From Pseudomonadota bacterium (GTDB lineage Bacteria; Pseudomonadota; Alphaproteobacteria; Sphingomonadales; Sphingomonadaceae): a DNA stretch of 64,000 nucleotides. A program made the position numbers and the translations under genes. This document shows, in pieces, positions 48,380 to 57,991 of this stretch. Position 1 is the stretch's first letter; each line of letters begins with the position of its first letter. The stretch is from assembly GCA_039815245.1 (NCBI GenBank), contig JBCBZR010000011.1:3656-67655 (forward strand), written 5' to 3'. Under the pieces are notes generated by a model. It saw nothing but the letters and a program-made list of their open reading frames with translations. It was not told where the DNA came from and made no database searches.

Positions 48380-49759
48380 TCACTCGCCCCCAATCACCGT
48401 AATCGCTCTCTGCCGTCCGTCCAGATAGCGCACGTTCTCGCCGTCGAAAAACGCGTCTTCCTCGGTGCGGAAATCCACCCTCTGGCCGCCCCATTCGGGC
48501 ACTGTGGCATAGCTGGTTAGCTCGATGGCCCACACAGTGTTGGCGCGCACGGGGAATTCGCCGCGCGGGTCTGGCTCCTGCTTGTCCCAAAACCCGATAG
48601 AGGGGCCTGCGCCGTGTCCATGGCTGCCGAGCGGGTGGGTGTAGATCGAGGGATCAAGCCCCGCTGCAATTGCTTCGGCGCGGGTTTTGGCGAGCACTTG
48701 GTTGCCTGTCAGCCCCACTTTGAAATTGCGCGTCAGGATGTCTTGCACGCGGTTTGAATTGGCAAAGCCTGCCGCAAGCCCGGCGGGCACCTTCGTCTCA
48801 CCGGGCTTCAACACATAGGCGAGGTGCTGGGTGTCCGTGTTGAGCCGCAGATAGGTTATGCCAAGGTCAGTCCACACAAGATCGCCCGGCTCAATCACGG
48901 TCTCGCCATAAAGCATCCCTTCAACGCCTTCGCGCTGTACGCCAAGGCTGGGGTGGAACCACGGCTTGAGGCCCAGCTCAGCGAGCCGCTCCCGATACCA
49001 CCATTGCACATCGGCACAGGTCGTAACGCCCGGTGTGATCACCTTGCGCGAAAGCGCTTCACCAATCAGCGCGTGCGCGATGCGAACCAGGCCGGGATAG
49101 ACCTCCATCTCAGACGGTATGCGGGTCTCCAGCCAGCGCAGGCTGAGCGCTTCACCTGAGACGATCCGTGCGCGCAGCTCTGGTGAAAGGCGCTCGCTCA
49201 TCATGCGGTATTGGCTCAGCGTCATGCCGTCGCCAAAGGCGGTGAGATCGGAGAAGTTGATCGCGATTTTCGCCGGGTTACGCTCGGCAATTATGTCCGC
49301 GACCGCCTGCCATTGATCGGGCTGCTCCGCGGGGTCCCATGCCGCACCGAATAGCCCGGCGAGGCCGTATCGGCTGACTGTCAGGCGTTCGATGGGCTTG
49401 CCTGCGCAATCGGCTTTGCAGGGATCATGAAACACCAGAATGGTGCGCCGCCGCGCGCTCATGCTTTTGCCATCAAGCATGGAGGCGGTGACGGGGTCTT
49501 CAAAGTATTCGCGGCTCATCAGCAGCCACAGGTCGACACCCTCGGCGCGCATGATTTGCGGGATGACGGTGTCGAGCCGCTCGGCCAGCACCCGGTCAAT
49601 CACCTCGGCGCGCTCGCGCAGCGGGAGGATTGTGGCGTAGGGCGATGCGTCGGGGTTGCCATCCGAGGTATCAGGCGCCTTCGCCAGCGCCGGGGCGGTC
49701 AGCGCCGCCAGCGTCATCACAAGTGCCGTGACCCATCCGATCGCGCGCATCATCATCAA
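48380..49759 (-). CDS. Secreted M24-family metallopeptidase (Xaa-Pro aminopeptidase-like)
   Basis: It has the signal peptide MMMMRAIGWVTALVMTLAALTAPALA. The pita-bread-fold motifs are DLVWTDLG, HPLGSHGHGAGP and WAIEL. Confidence 0.8.
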   Translation of the reverse strand: MMMMRAIGWVTALVMTLAALTAPALAKAPDTSDGNPDASPYATILPLRERAEVIDRVLAERLDTVIPQIMRAEGVDLWLLMSREYFEDPVTASMLDGKSMSARRRTILVFHDPCKADCAGKPIERLTVSRYGLAGLFGAAWDPAEQPDQWQAVADIIAERNPAKIAINFSDLTAFGDGMTLSQYRMMSERLSPELRARIVSGEALSLRWLETRIPSEMEVYPGLVRIAHALIGEALSRKVITPGVTTCADVQWWYRERLAELGLKPWFHPSLGVQREGVEGMLYGETVIEPGDLVWTDLGITYLRLNTDTQHLAYVLKPGETKVPAGLAAGFANSNRVQDILTRNFKVGLTGNQVLAKTRAEAIAAGLDPSIYTHPLGSHGHGAGPSIGFWDKQEPDPRGEFPVRANTVWAIELTSYATVPEWGGQRVDFRTEEDAFFDGENVRYLDGRQRAITVIGGE

Positions 49760-50448
49760 CTCCCGGTTGGTGGCTCATCCTTGAGCACGTCTTCGGCATC
49801 CTCAAGGCTCAGCCCGTGCTTGAGCAGCATCGGAATTTGCGAGGCGCTGAAGAGGAAAGTCAGCACCAGAAACGCCCATGTCTTGGTCGTCAACCAACCG
49901 CCAAAGCTTAAGCTCAGGCGCAGCGCCTCGTTAAGCGCGGCGAGGGCGAAGAAGAAGAACCCCCAATTGCGCGAAAGCTTCATCCAGCCCGCCTCGTCCA
50001 CCCCGTCAAACGCGGCTTCGAGCAGCCATTGCAGCAGCGCCTTGCCCTTGAACCACCCGATCAGCAGCACACTGCCAAAGAAGATGTAGAGCGCGGTCGG
50101 CTTGATCTGGACCCAGAACTCATCGCGCAACAGGATCGTCAAACTGCCAAACCCGATGATCAGCACTGTGGAGAGCACGAGCATTTTCGAGACGGCGCCC
50201 GTCAGCCATTTCGACAGACCCAGCGCAATGATCGCCGCGATCATGAATGCAGCGGTGCTGGTGATCACGGCGTTGAGCGTGCCTGAAATGGCATTGGGGC
50301 TGTTAACGTCCGGCGCGTTGAACCAGTAGACGCCGAGGAATATTAGCAGCGGGCCGTAATCGACCGCTGTGCTCAACCATGAGGCGGAGGCGGATTTGGG
50401 GGTCTCGCTGGTCTTGGGGGTCTCGGGTGTCGGTTGGGGCTCGTTCAT
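49756..50448 (-). CDS. yciB: Intracellular septation protein A (YciB/IspZ family)
   Basis: It has five TM segments, with DYGPLLIFLGVYWF and KPTALYIFFGSVLL. It lies directly downstream of ftsY. Confidence 0.8.
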   Translation of the reverse strand: MNEPQPTPETPKTSETPKSASASWLSTAVDYGPLLIFLGVYWFNAPDVNSPNAISGTLNAVITSTAAFMIAAIIALGLSKWLTGAVSKMLVLSTVLIIGFGSLTILLRDEFWVQIKPTALYIFFGSVLLIGWFKGKALLQWLLEAAFDGVDEAGWMKLSRNWGFFFFALAALNEALRLSLSFGGWLTTKTWAFLVLTFLFSASQIPMLLKHGLSLEDAEDVLKDEPPTGS

Positions 50449-51386
50449 CAGGCCACTCCTGCAATCACGCGCGCGACAAGGTCCGGGTCAAAGGGGCGCA
50501 GGTCTTCCATTTTCTCTCCCACACCAATCGCGTGGATTGGCAGGCCATATTGCTCAGCTGCCGCCACCAGCACGCCGCCGCGCGCGGTGCCGTCCAGCTT
50601 GGTCATGATCAGCCCGGTGACGCCTGCGACCTCTTGAAACACATCAATCTGGCTCAGCGCGTTCTGACCGTTCGTGGCATCAAGCACCAGCACCACATCG
50701 TGCGGTGCGGCTTCGTTCAGGCGGCCCAGAACGCGGCGGATTTTCGCCAGTTCGTCCATCAATTCGCGCTTGTTCTGGAGCCGCCCGGCGGTGTCGACCA
50801 CTAGCGCGTCAATCCCGGTATCGGTTGCTTGCTTGACCGCATCAAACACGATGCTCGCCGGGTCGCCGCCTTCGGGTCCGCGCACAATGTCCACGCCCGC
50901 ACGCCCGGCCCACGTCGCCAGCTGCCCGATGGCTGCGGCGCGGAACGTGTCTCCAGCGGCGAGGAGGACGCCGTAATCGTCCTCGGTAAACAGATGCGCG
51001 AGCTTGGCTATGGTGGTCGTCTTGCCAGAGCCATTGACGCCGATCACCAGGATGACTTGCGGGCGTGGGAAGGCAGTGATCTCAAGCGGTTTGGCGACCG
51101 GGCGCAGGATCTCTGCGATTTCCTCAGCGACCGCTTCCTTCAATTCGCGCTCGGTGATCTGCTCGCCAAAGCGCTTTTCTGACAGGCGCGTGCGGATGCG
51201 CCCTGCGGCTTTGGGACCGAGGTCTGAGACGATCAGCGCGTCTTCGATGTCATCAAGGGTCGCATCGGAGAGCTTTCCGCCAGAGAGGCCTGCGAGGTTT
51301 CCGGATAGGCGTTCTGAGGTCTTGCGAAAGCCGCCGAGCAGCTTGTCGCTCCAGCTGGCTTGCGCAGTGTTGGGTGTGTCGCTCAA
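50448..51386 (-). CDS. ftsY: Signal recognition particle receptor FtsY
   Basis: The GTPase motifs are GVNGSGKTTT, DTAGR and TKLDG. It is a short form with no acidic A-domain. Confidence 0.95.
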   Translation of the reverse strand: MSDTPNTAQASWSDKLLGGFRKTSERLSGNLAGLSGGKLSDATLDDIEDALIVSDLGPKAAGRIRTRLSEKRFGEQITERELKEAVAEEIAEILRPVAKPLEITAFPRPQVILVIGVNGSGKTTTIAKLAHLFTEDDYGVLLAAGDTFRAAAIGQLATWAGRAGVDIVRGPEGGDPASIVFDAVKQATDTGIDALVVDTAGRLQNKRELMDELAKIRRVLGRLNEAAPHDVVLVLDATNGQNALSQIDVFQEVAGVTGLIMTKLDGTARGGVLVAAAEQYGLPIHAIGVGEKMEDLRPFDPDLVARVIAGVA

Positions 51387-52576
51387 TGGAGCAGACCTTT
51401 CTCGAGAGTGGTGGGCGTGACGCTGGCGATGGTGCCCGGTGGCACTTCATCGGGCAGCGCGACCCGTGCATAATGCGGCGTGTAGCCGGTCTGGTCGCGT
51501 TCGGCGAGGACGCTGTGCGGCGCGCCGATCAGGCTGGTGAGCCATGCGGCGCGGCGCTTCGAGACCGCTTGGCGCAGATCAGCCGCGCGCGCCTTGATGA
51601 CAGCGCGATCCAATTGCGGCATCCGCGCAGCAGGCGTGCCGGGGCGCGGGCTGTACGGGAAGATATGGCCGTGCACGACATCGAGCTCATGGATGATGGA
51701 GATGTTGTCGCCGTGGTGCGCATCGGTTTCGGTCGGGAAGCCCGCAATGAGGTCAGCGCCGATCGCGATGTCGGACCGCGCGGTTTTCAGGCGCTGCACA
51801 AGGTCTATCGCATCGCGGCGCAGATGCCGGCGCTTCATGCGCTTTAGAATGAGGTCAGCACCATGCTGCAGCGATAGGTGCAGGTGCGGCATGACGCGCG
51901 GTTCGTGGGCGATCAGATCGAACAGCAGCGGGTCAATCTCAACCCCATCGACCGAGGAAAGGCGCAGGCGGCCAAGTTGATGAAACTCATCTGTGATAGA
52001 CCTAACCAGATCGCCCAAACGCGGCATGTTGGAAATATCATGTCCCCAACTGGTCAGATCGACACCCGTGAGCACAATTTCCTTAGCACCCAGATCGAGG
52101 TGATGCTCCACTTCGCGCAAGGCCTCTGCGATGCTCAAAGACCGGCTGACCCCGCGCCCCTGCGGGATGACGCAAAAGGTGCAGGCGTGGTCGCAACCAT
52201 TTTGCACTCCGATAAAGGCGCGGGTGCGTGTGGGCGGGGGTGGTGCTTCGGCGACCGGTGCATTCCACGCGCGCGGATCGAGTTTGGCGGTGTTGGCGAT
52301 AATCCCGTCAACCTCGGGCATCGCCGCAATCTGGTCGCGCTCAATATCAGCCGCGCACCCGGTCACGATCAAGCGCGCGTCAGGCCGCTCGCGGCGCGCG
52401 CGGCGGATTGCTTGCCGGGTCTGGCGCACCGCTTCGCTGGTCACCGCGCAGGAATTGACCACCACCACATCGCCCGCATCCGCGAGCATCGCCTTCATCC
52501 GCTCGCTCTCGGCGATGTTGAGGCGGCAGCCGAGCGAAATGACGTCGGGTGATGGGGTGGGGGAGGGCGTGCTCAC
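51383..52576 (-). CDS. mtaB: tRNA methylthiotransferase MtaB (radical SAM)
   Basis: It has the N-terminal UPF0004 region GCRLNIAESE, the radical SAM motif GCDHACTFC, and a TRAM-like C-terminus. I prefer the GTG at 52576 as the start (GTGA overlap with the dapF stop). Confidence 0.85.
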   Translation of the reverse strand: MSTPSPTPSPDVISLGCRLNIAESERMKAMLADAGDVVVVNSCAVTSEAVRQTRQAIRRARRERPDARLIVTGCAADIERDQIAAMPEVDGIIANTAKLDPRAWNAPVAEAPPPPTRTRAFIGVQNGCDHACTFCVIPQGRGVSRSLSIAEALREVEHHLDLGAKEIVLTGVDLTSWGHDISNMPRLGDLVRSITDEFHQLGRLRLSSVDGVEIDPLLFDLIAHEPRVMPHLHLSLQHGADLILKRMKRRHLRRDAIDLVQRLKTARSDIAIGADLIAGFPTETDAHHGDNISIIHELDVVHGHIFPYSPRPGTPAARMPQLDRAVIKARAADLRQAVSKRRAAWLTSLIGAPHSVLAERDQTGYTPHYARVALPDEVPPGTIASVTPTTLEKGLLH

Positions 52577-53391
52577 GCGTAGTCCTCCCATGCGAAGTCG
52601 CCGCGAAAGGCTTCGGTTGCAGGGCCGGTCATGCGGATGGAGCCGCCCGCCTGCCATTCGATCACCAGATCACCGCCGGGCAGGCTTACGCGCACCGGGC
52701 TTTCCACCAGTCCGCGGCGGATCGCTGCGACGGCGGCCGCGCACGCTCCAGTCCCGCATGCGCGCGTAAGGCCAGCGCCGCGTTCCCACACCCTCAAGGT
52801 CAGGTGATCGGCGCTGGTCACGCTCGCGACATTGACGTTCACGCCTTCGGTGAAAAGCGGGTCGCGCTCAATCTGAGGCCCCAGCATGTCCAGCGCCACG
52901 GCCTGTGCATCGTGGACAAAGAACACCGCATGCGGGTTGCCGACATTCACCGCCATTGGCTGCTCAAGCACGCCATCGCCCCAGGCAACGGGCATCGTGC
53001 TGGTGTCCATCGGATAGGCCAAGGGGATTGCGTCCCAGTCGAAGCGGGGGTTGCCCATATCAACGCTTGCGCCGCCTTCGCTCGGCTCCAGCATGATTGG
53101 TCCGCCGCCGGTCTCAACGACAGCGCGCGCGCCATGCAGCAGAGCGACCGCGCGGCTGGCATTGCCGCACGCTTCCACTTCGCCGCCATTGCAATTGAAG
53201 ATGCGCATCCGAAAGTCTGCCGCGGTGCTGGGTTCCAGCACGATCAATTGGTCGCACCCGATCCCCTCGCGCCGGTCCGCCAGCGCGCGAACACGCGCCG
53301 CGGCCAGTACGCCGGGCAGAGCATTGCGCCGCGCATCGAGCACGATGAAATCATTGCCAAGGCCGTGCATCTTGATGAAGGGAACGCGCAT
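52573..53391 (-). CDS. dapF: Diaminopimelate epimerase
   Basis: It has FIKMHGLGNDFIVLD and the catalytic Cys contexts CGNASR and ACGTGA. The start is at 53391. Confidence 0.95.
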   Translation of the reverse strand: MRVPFIKMHGLGNDFIVLDARRNALPGVLAAARVRALADRREGIGCDQLIVLEPSTAADFRMRIFNCNGGEVEACGNASRAVALLHGARAVVETGGGPIMLEPSEGGASVDMGNPRFDWDAIPLAYPMDTSTMPVAWGDGVLEQPMAVNVGNPHAVFFVHDAQAVALDMLGPQIERDPLFTEGVNVNVASVTSADHLTLRVWERGAGLTRACGTGACAAAVAAIRRGLVESPVRVSLPGGDLVIEWQAGGSIRMTGPATEAFRGDFAWEDYA

Positions 53392-53492
53392 AACAGCGCC
53401 ACGCATCTATGCCGCGCAGCTGCCCTCGTAAAGGGCTGCAAAGCCCACGCAATCGTCACAGGGGCGGGTCAAGGGCGCAAGCGCCGGTCGCC

Positions 53493-55238
53493 TTACTGCC
53501 CCGCGCGGCGCAAGAATTCGTGCGGATCGCTGATACGCGGCTTGGGCGCTGGGACTGCGTTGTCCTCTTTGGGGACCACTGTGACCGCCGAAAGACGCGG
53601 GCTGCTGTCGTTGAGCAGGCCTTGTTCGCGCAGCCGTTCACGCACGCGTTCAGCGGGTTCCGGGCGGCCATAGAGATAGCCTTGCCCCTTCAACTCGCCC
53701 ATGCCTTGCAGGGCGGTGAGGATCTGTTCGTCCTCAATCCCTTCGCAGGTGATGGGCAGGTTGAGCCCGCGGCCCAGCGAGACAATCGCATCGACAAGCT
53801 GTGAATGGCCATCAACATTGTTGCTGAGCTCACTGATAAAGCTGCGGTCTATCTTGAGCCGGTCAAACGGCAGCGAGCGCAATTGATCGAGGCTTGAATA
53901 GCCGGTGCCAAAGTCATCGAGGCTGATCCGCACACCCTGATTGCGCAGTGAGGTGATCATGGAGCGCACCATACTGATATTTTCGTGAAGGCAGCTTTCC
54001 GTGATTTCAATATCGAGACGCTGCGGAGGGAAGTTGGACTGGACCAATCGCTTCAGCAGCTTTTGCGCAAACCACGGATCGCGCATTTGCACCGGTGAGA
54101 TGTTGATCGAGAGGGTAAGCTCATCGTTCCATTCGCTCGCATCGGCAAAGGCGCGCGCCATTAGGAGGTCTGACAGCTCTGTAATGCAGCCAATCTCTTC
54201 AGCCACCGGGATGAACACTTCCGGGCTAACGAGGCCAAGGCTCGGTGATCTCCAGCGCGCGAGCATTTCAAAGCCGACGAGCCTGCCCGTCTCAACGTCA
54301 ACCTGCTGCTCGTAGAAAGGTACAAACTCGCTGTTGGCAAGGCCGCGGCGAATGCCTGCTTCCAGCTCGTTGCGAAAGCGCAGTTCGTTTTCCATGCTTG
54401 GCTCGAACCAGAAAAAGCGATTTTTGCCCTGTTTTTTGGCCTGATACATCGCGATGTCGGCGTGGTGCATCAGCATTTCCGCATCGCCCAGCGCCGGGTT
54501 GAAACCGTGCTCGTCATGGTCGCTGGCGAGGCCAATGGACATGGTCAGTTCAACCGAGGTGAATTCAGCCTCGAATGTGGCGGCCATGGATTCGTACAGG
54601 CGGATCACAATGTCATCGACCCGCTCCGGCAAAGCGGGGTCATAGGCCATGGCAAAGGCAAATTCGTCGCCGCCCAGCCGCGCCAGCGCCGCTTCGGCAG
54701 GAAGCTCTGCTTTGACCCGTCGGGCGAATTCGCACAGCACTTTGTCGCCGCTGGAATGCCCTTGCATATCGTTGATCTGTTTGAAGTTATCAAGGTCAAC
54801 CATGACATAGGCAATTGCCTGCGCGCGCTCATGCGCGGACAGGCGCAGCCTGTTGGTCGCGGCCAGCATGGACCGACGATTGAGGCACCCTGTCAGTGGA
54901 TCGAGCTCGGACAATTCGCGCGCCTGGCGCTCTGCGCGTTGGCGGGTCTCGATCTCTTCGCGCAGCTGGCGATAGCGCCGCCACCCGAATATGACGAGGG
55001 CGATGTTGAGCAGGAAGATGCTGACAAGGATATTGTCTGGTGCCCTGCCATCATAGAGGGCGGAGCGCACAACATCCGGCAGCACTGCGCCGCCTGCGCC
55101 GACGAACATAATGATCGCCGCGACAGCAATGCCAAGAGCAACAAGGTCCCGCTCTGCAGGCCCATACTTGCTCTGTTCTTCCGGTTCCACCAAGGTTTCT
55201 CCATTCGCCAACAAGTGACGCATCCTCGCTTGTTGCAA
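53493..55238 (-). CDS. Membrane-anchored GGDEF-EAL protein (diguanylate cyclase/phosphodiesterase)
   Basis: It has two N-terminal TM segments and an intact GGDEF (RLGGDEFAF). The EAL domain has an EML variant (GFEMLARW) but retains N (INIS), EITE, DDFGTGYSS and KIDRSF. Confidence 0.9.
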   Translation of the reverse strand: MQQARMRHLLANGETLVEPEEQSKYGPAERDLVALGIAVAAIIMFVGAGGAVLPDVVRSALYDGRAPDNILVSIFLLNIALVIFGWRRYRQLREEIETRQRAERQARELSELDPLTGCLNRRSMLAATNRLRLSAHERAQAIAYVMVDLDNFKQINDMQGHSSGDKVLCEFARRVKAELPAEAALARLGGDEFAFAMAYDPALPERVDDIVIRLYESMAATFEAEFTSVELTMSIGLASDHDEHGFNPALGDAEMLMHHADIAMYQAKKQGKNRFFWFEPSMENELRFRNELEAGIRRGLANSEFVPFYEQQVDVETGRLVGFEMLARWRSPSLGLVSPEVFIPVAEEIGCITELSDLLMARAFADASEWNDELTLSINISPVQMRDPWFAQKLLKRLVQSNFPPQRLDIEITESCLHENISMVRSMITSLRNQGVRISLDDFGTGYSSLDQLRSLPFDRLKIDRSFISELSNNVDGHSQLVDAIVSLGRGLNLPITCEGIEDEQILTALQGMGELKGQGYLYGRPEPAERVRERLREQGLLNDSSPRLSAVTVVPKEDNAVPAPKPRISDPHEFLRRAGQ

Positions 55239-55371
55239 AGTTCAGCAACAGATGAGGCAAAGTGCTGAAAATCGAGTTAATTGTATTGCGCAGTACAAAA
55301 GGCGGGCATGTCTTGTAGCCGCGCAATCAACGTATTAGGCGCGACAGGCAGATAGAGGAGCCCCCGCCGCC

Positions 55372-55794
55372 ATGAGCGAACCCGACAAAGCCTATTGGCT
55401 GATGAAGTCCGAACCGTTCAAATACGGTTGGGATGATCTTGTCGCCGAGGAAGAGGGCGTGTGGGATGGTGTGCGCAATCATCTGGCCAAGAACAATCTT
55501 CAGGCGATGAAAGTGGGCGATGAGGCGTTTTTCTACCACTCGCGAGAGGGGCTGGAGATCGTTGGGATTGCGCAGATCACGGTCGACGGCATCCTCGACC
55601 CGACAGACGAAACCGGCAAGTGGGCCGCGGTGAAGATCAAGCCCAAGCGCAAGTTTAATAACCCCGTGACGCTAAAACAGATCAAGGCCGAGCCCAAGCT
55701 GGCTGAGTGCGAATTGGTGCGTCTGTCGCGGTTGTCCGTCGCCAAGATCACGCCTGAGGAATGGGATGTGATCTGCGCGATGTCGGAAGGGTAG
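55372..55794 (+). CDS. EVE domain-containing protein
   Basis: The sequence YWLMKSEPFKYGWDDL...WDGVRNHLAKNNL..MKVGDEAFFYHS is typical of standalone EVE/PUA-like proteins. Confidence 0.85.
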   Translation: MSEPDKAYWLMKSEPFKYGWDDLVAEEEGVWDGVRNHLAKNNLQAMKVGDEAFFYHSREGLEIVGIAQITVDGILDPTDETGKWAAVKIKPKRKFNNPVTLKQIKAEPKLAECELVRLSRLSVAKITPEEWDVICAMSEG

Positions 55795-55802
55795 CGGCTG
55801 GG

Positions 55803-57494
55803 TTAAGTCTGCGCCTTTGCGCGAAGCCCGCTGATTGTCGCTCCGCTCGCAGCGAGCTGCTCAACCTCGATCACCATGTGGATCAGGCGTAGGCCGGTGC
55901 GGTTGCCTGCTTCGAACAGGGCAGCGTGGAACTGCTCTGTCGTCTGGGCGCGGGCGCTCCATGCGCCATAGGCCGCGCCGAGCGCTGCGAAATCGGGGTT
56001 GGCGAGCTTCGTTGCTGAGACGCGGCCCGGATATTCGCGCTCCTGATGCATGCGGATCGTGCCGTAAGCGCCATTGTCGACGACCAGCACGATCATGTTT
56101 GCCCCGTGCTGCGCGGCGGTGGCGAGTTCCTGCCCGTTCATCAGAAAATCGCCATCGCCCGCGACCGCGCATACGGTCCGGTCAGGATAGCGCAGCGCGG
56201 CGGCGATTGCAGCGGGGACGCCATAGCCCATTGCTCCGGCGGTTGGCGCAAGCTGGCTGGGGTATCCCGCATAGCGCCAATAGCGGTGCCACCACCCGGC
56301 AAAATTGCCCGCGCCATTGGTGATGATGGTGTCCGCAGGCAGCGCCTCGCGCATGAAGCCCACGCAGGCCGCCATATCGAGCGCGGGAGCATCATCACGC
56401 ATGACAGGCGTCGCCCAGTCGCGCCATTCGCGGTTCGCCTCGGCCCCCGCATCGAAAGGGATGATCGCGTCATCTTCCCACAAAGCGGCGGCCTCAGCGA
56501 ATTCATCGACCGCGCAGGCGAGTGCGAGCTCGGTGCGATAGACGCGGCCCAGCTCTTCGGGGTTGGGGTGGACATGGATCAGCAATTGGCCGGGATGCTC
56601 AGGCACGGGCACAGCGTAGCCATCGGTGGTCGCCTCTCCCAGCCGCGCGCCGACAGTCAGGATCAGATCAGCCGACTTGACCCGCTCGACCAGAGCCGGG
56701 TTGGGGCCATAGCCCAGATTGCCGGCATAGACGCTGCTGTCAGGCGAGATCGCGTCCTGGCGCCGGAACGCGGTCGCAACCGGCAGGCCGATGCGCTCGG
56801 CAAAGCTCTGGAAGTGATCGCGCGCTTTTGCGTTCCAGCCCGCGCCGCCAATGATCGCCACCGGGCTCGCCGCATCAGCGATCAGCGCGACCATGGCCTG
56901 CATTGCGTCGGGGCACACGGCCTGCGCGGGCCGGGCGACGCGCGGTCGCGCGGCGAGGGAGGCGGGCACCGCATCGCACAGCATGTCTTCCGGCAGAGCG
57001 AGCACAACCGGGCCGGGCCGCCCGCCCACGGCGACGGAATAGGCGCGGGCGATGTATTCAGGGATCCGCGCGGCATCATCAATGCGCGCCGCCCATTTTG
57101 AAATCGGGCCAAAAAAGGCCGCGAAGTCGACCTCTTGAAAGCCCTCACGGTCGCGCATCGGCCGCGCCACATCGCCGACGAACAGGATCATCGGCTGCGA
57201 ATCCTGATGCGCGACATGCACCCCGATGCTGGCATTGGTCGCGCCGGGGCCACGCGTGACAAAGGCGATGCCGGGCCGCAGCGTGTCCGCCGCACTCATC
57301 GCGCCATCCGCGCAGGCCATAAACGCCGCGCCGCCTTCCTGCCGACAGGTGACAACATCGATCCCGGCGCGCTCATGCAGCGCATCAAGCACCGCTAGAA
57401 AGCTCTCTCCGGGCACTGTGAAAATGCGGTCTGTGCCTTGTTCGCTCAGGCATTCCACCAGCAGTTCAGCTGCACTTTTTGTTGGCTGCGTCAT
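55803..57494 (-). CDS. Thiamine pyrophosphate-dependent enzyme (acetolactate synthase-like)
   Basis: The N-terminal TPP-PYR region is AELLVECLSEQGTDRIFTVPGES. The TPP-binding motif is GDGDFLMNGQEL...VVDNGAYG. The start is at 57494. Confidence 0.85.
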   Translation of the reverse strand: MTQPTKSAAELLVECLSEQGTDRIFTVPGESFLAVLDALHERAGIDVVTCRQEGGAAFMACADGAMSAADTLRPGIAFVTRGPGATNASIGVHVAHQDSQPMILFVGDVARPMRDREGFQEVDFAAFFGPISKWAARIDDAARIPEYIARAYSVAVGGRPGPVVLALPEDMLCDAVPASLAARPRVARPAQAVCPDAMQAMVALIADAASPVAIIGGAGWNAKARDHFQSFAERIGLPVATAFRRQDAISPDSSVYAGNLGYGPNPALVERVKSADLILTVGARLGEATTDGYAVPVPEHPGQLLIHVHPNPEELGRVYRTELALACAVDEFAEAAALWEDDAIIPFDAGAEANREWRDWATPVMRDDAPALDMAACVGFMREALPADTIITNGAGNFAGWWHRYWRYAGYPSQLAPTAGAMGYGVPAAIAAALRYPDRTVCAVAGDGDFLMNGQELATAAQHGANMIVLVVDNGAYGTIRMHQEREYPGRVSATKLANPDFAALGAAYGAWSARAQTTEQFHAALFEAGNRTGLRLIHMVIEVEQLAASGATISGLRAKAQT

Positions 57495-57662
57495 TGCGCG
57501 TTCTCTCCCATCCGCCTGCGCCTCTAGACGGGCGCGCACGGCGAGACAATCGCGTCAATGGCGTCAGTCTTTTCGAGGGTGCGCTGACTAACTGTCCCGC
57601 CTTGCGACAGAGCGGCGGGGCGCGCTCGCGCCAAAGGTTAAGAAAGTGTAAACGGCGCAGCT

Positions 57663-57959
57663 ATGAGCAAGACAGCCAGCCTTTCCAGTGACCTTATTGT
57701 CCGCCCGCATGAGCGCGCCGCGCTTCCGTCAGACAATGATAATGGCACGCGCGCGCGTCGCCGTGGACCGGGCCGCGGCTTGGTGCTGACCGATGAGAGC
57801 GCGCAGCATCCGTTCCGCGCGCATTTGCCGCCACATGTGCGCGCCGATCTGCATGATATTCCCGCCGAAAGCCTGTGGCGGTTAACGGCAGAGGACGCGC
57901 GCGGCTTTGCGAGCGTCTACCTCGCGACGACGGCAGCGATCCTCGCGTTCATTATCTGA
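57663..57959 (+). CDS. Hypothetical small protein with a C-terminal hydrophobic anchor
   Basis: This 98-aa ORF has GC-rich third codon positions and ends in ASVYLATTAAILAFII. I recognise no family, and the ribosome-binding site is weak. Confidence 0.4.
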   Translation: MSKTASLSSDLIVRPHERAALPSDNDNGTRARRRGPGRGLVLTDESAQHPFRAHLPPHVRADLHDIPAESLWRLTAEDARGFASVYLATTAAILAFII

Positions 57960-57991
57960 TCCTGCGCGCCGGCAAATTGGGCGGCGTTTGA

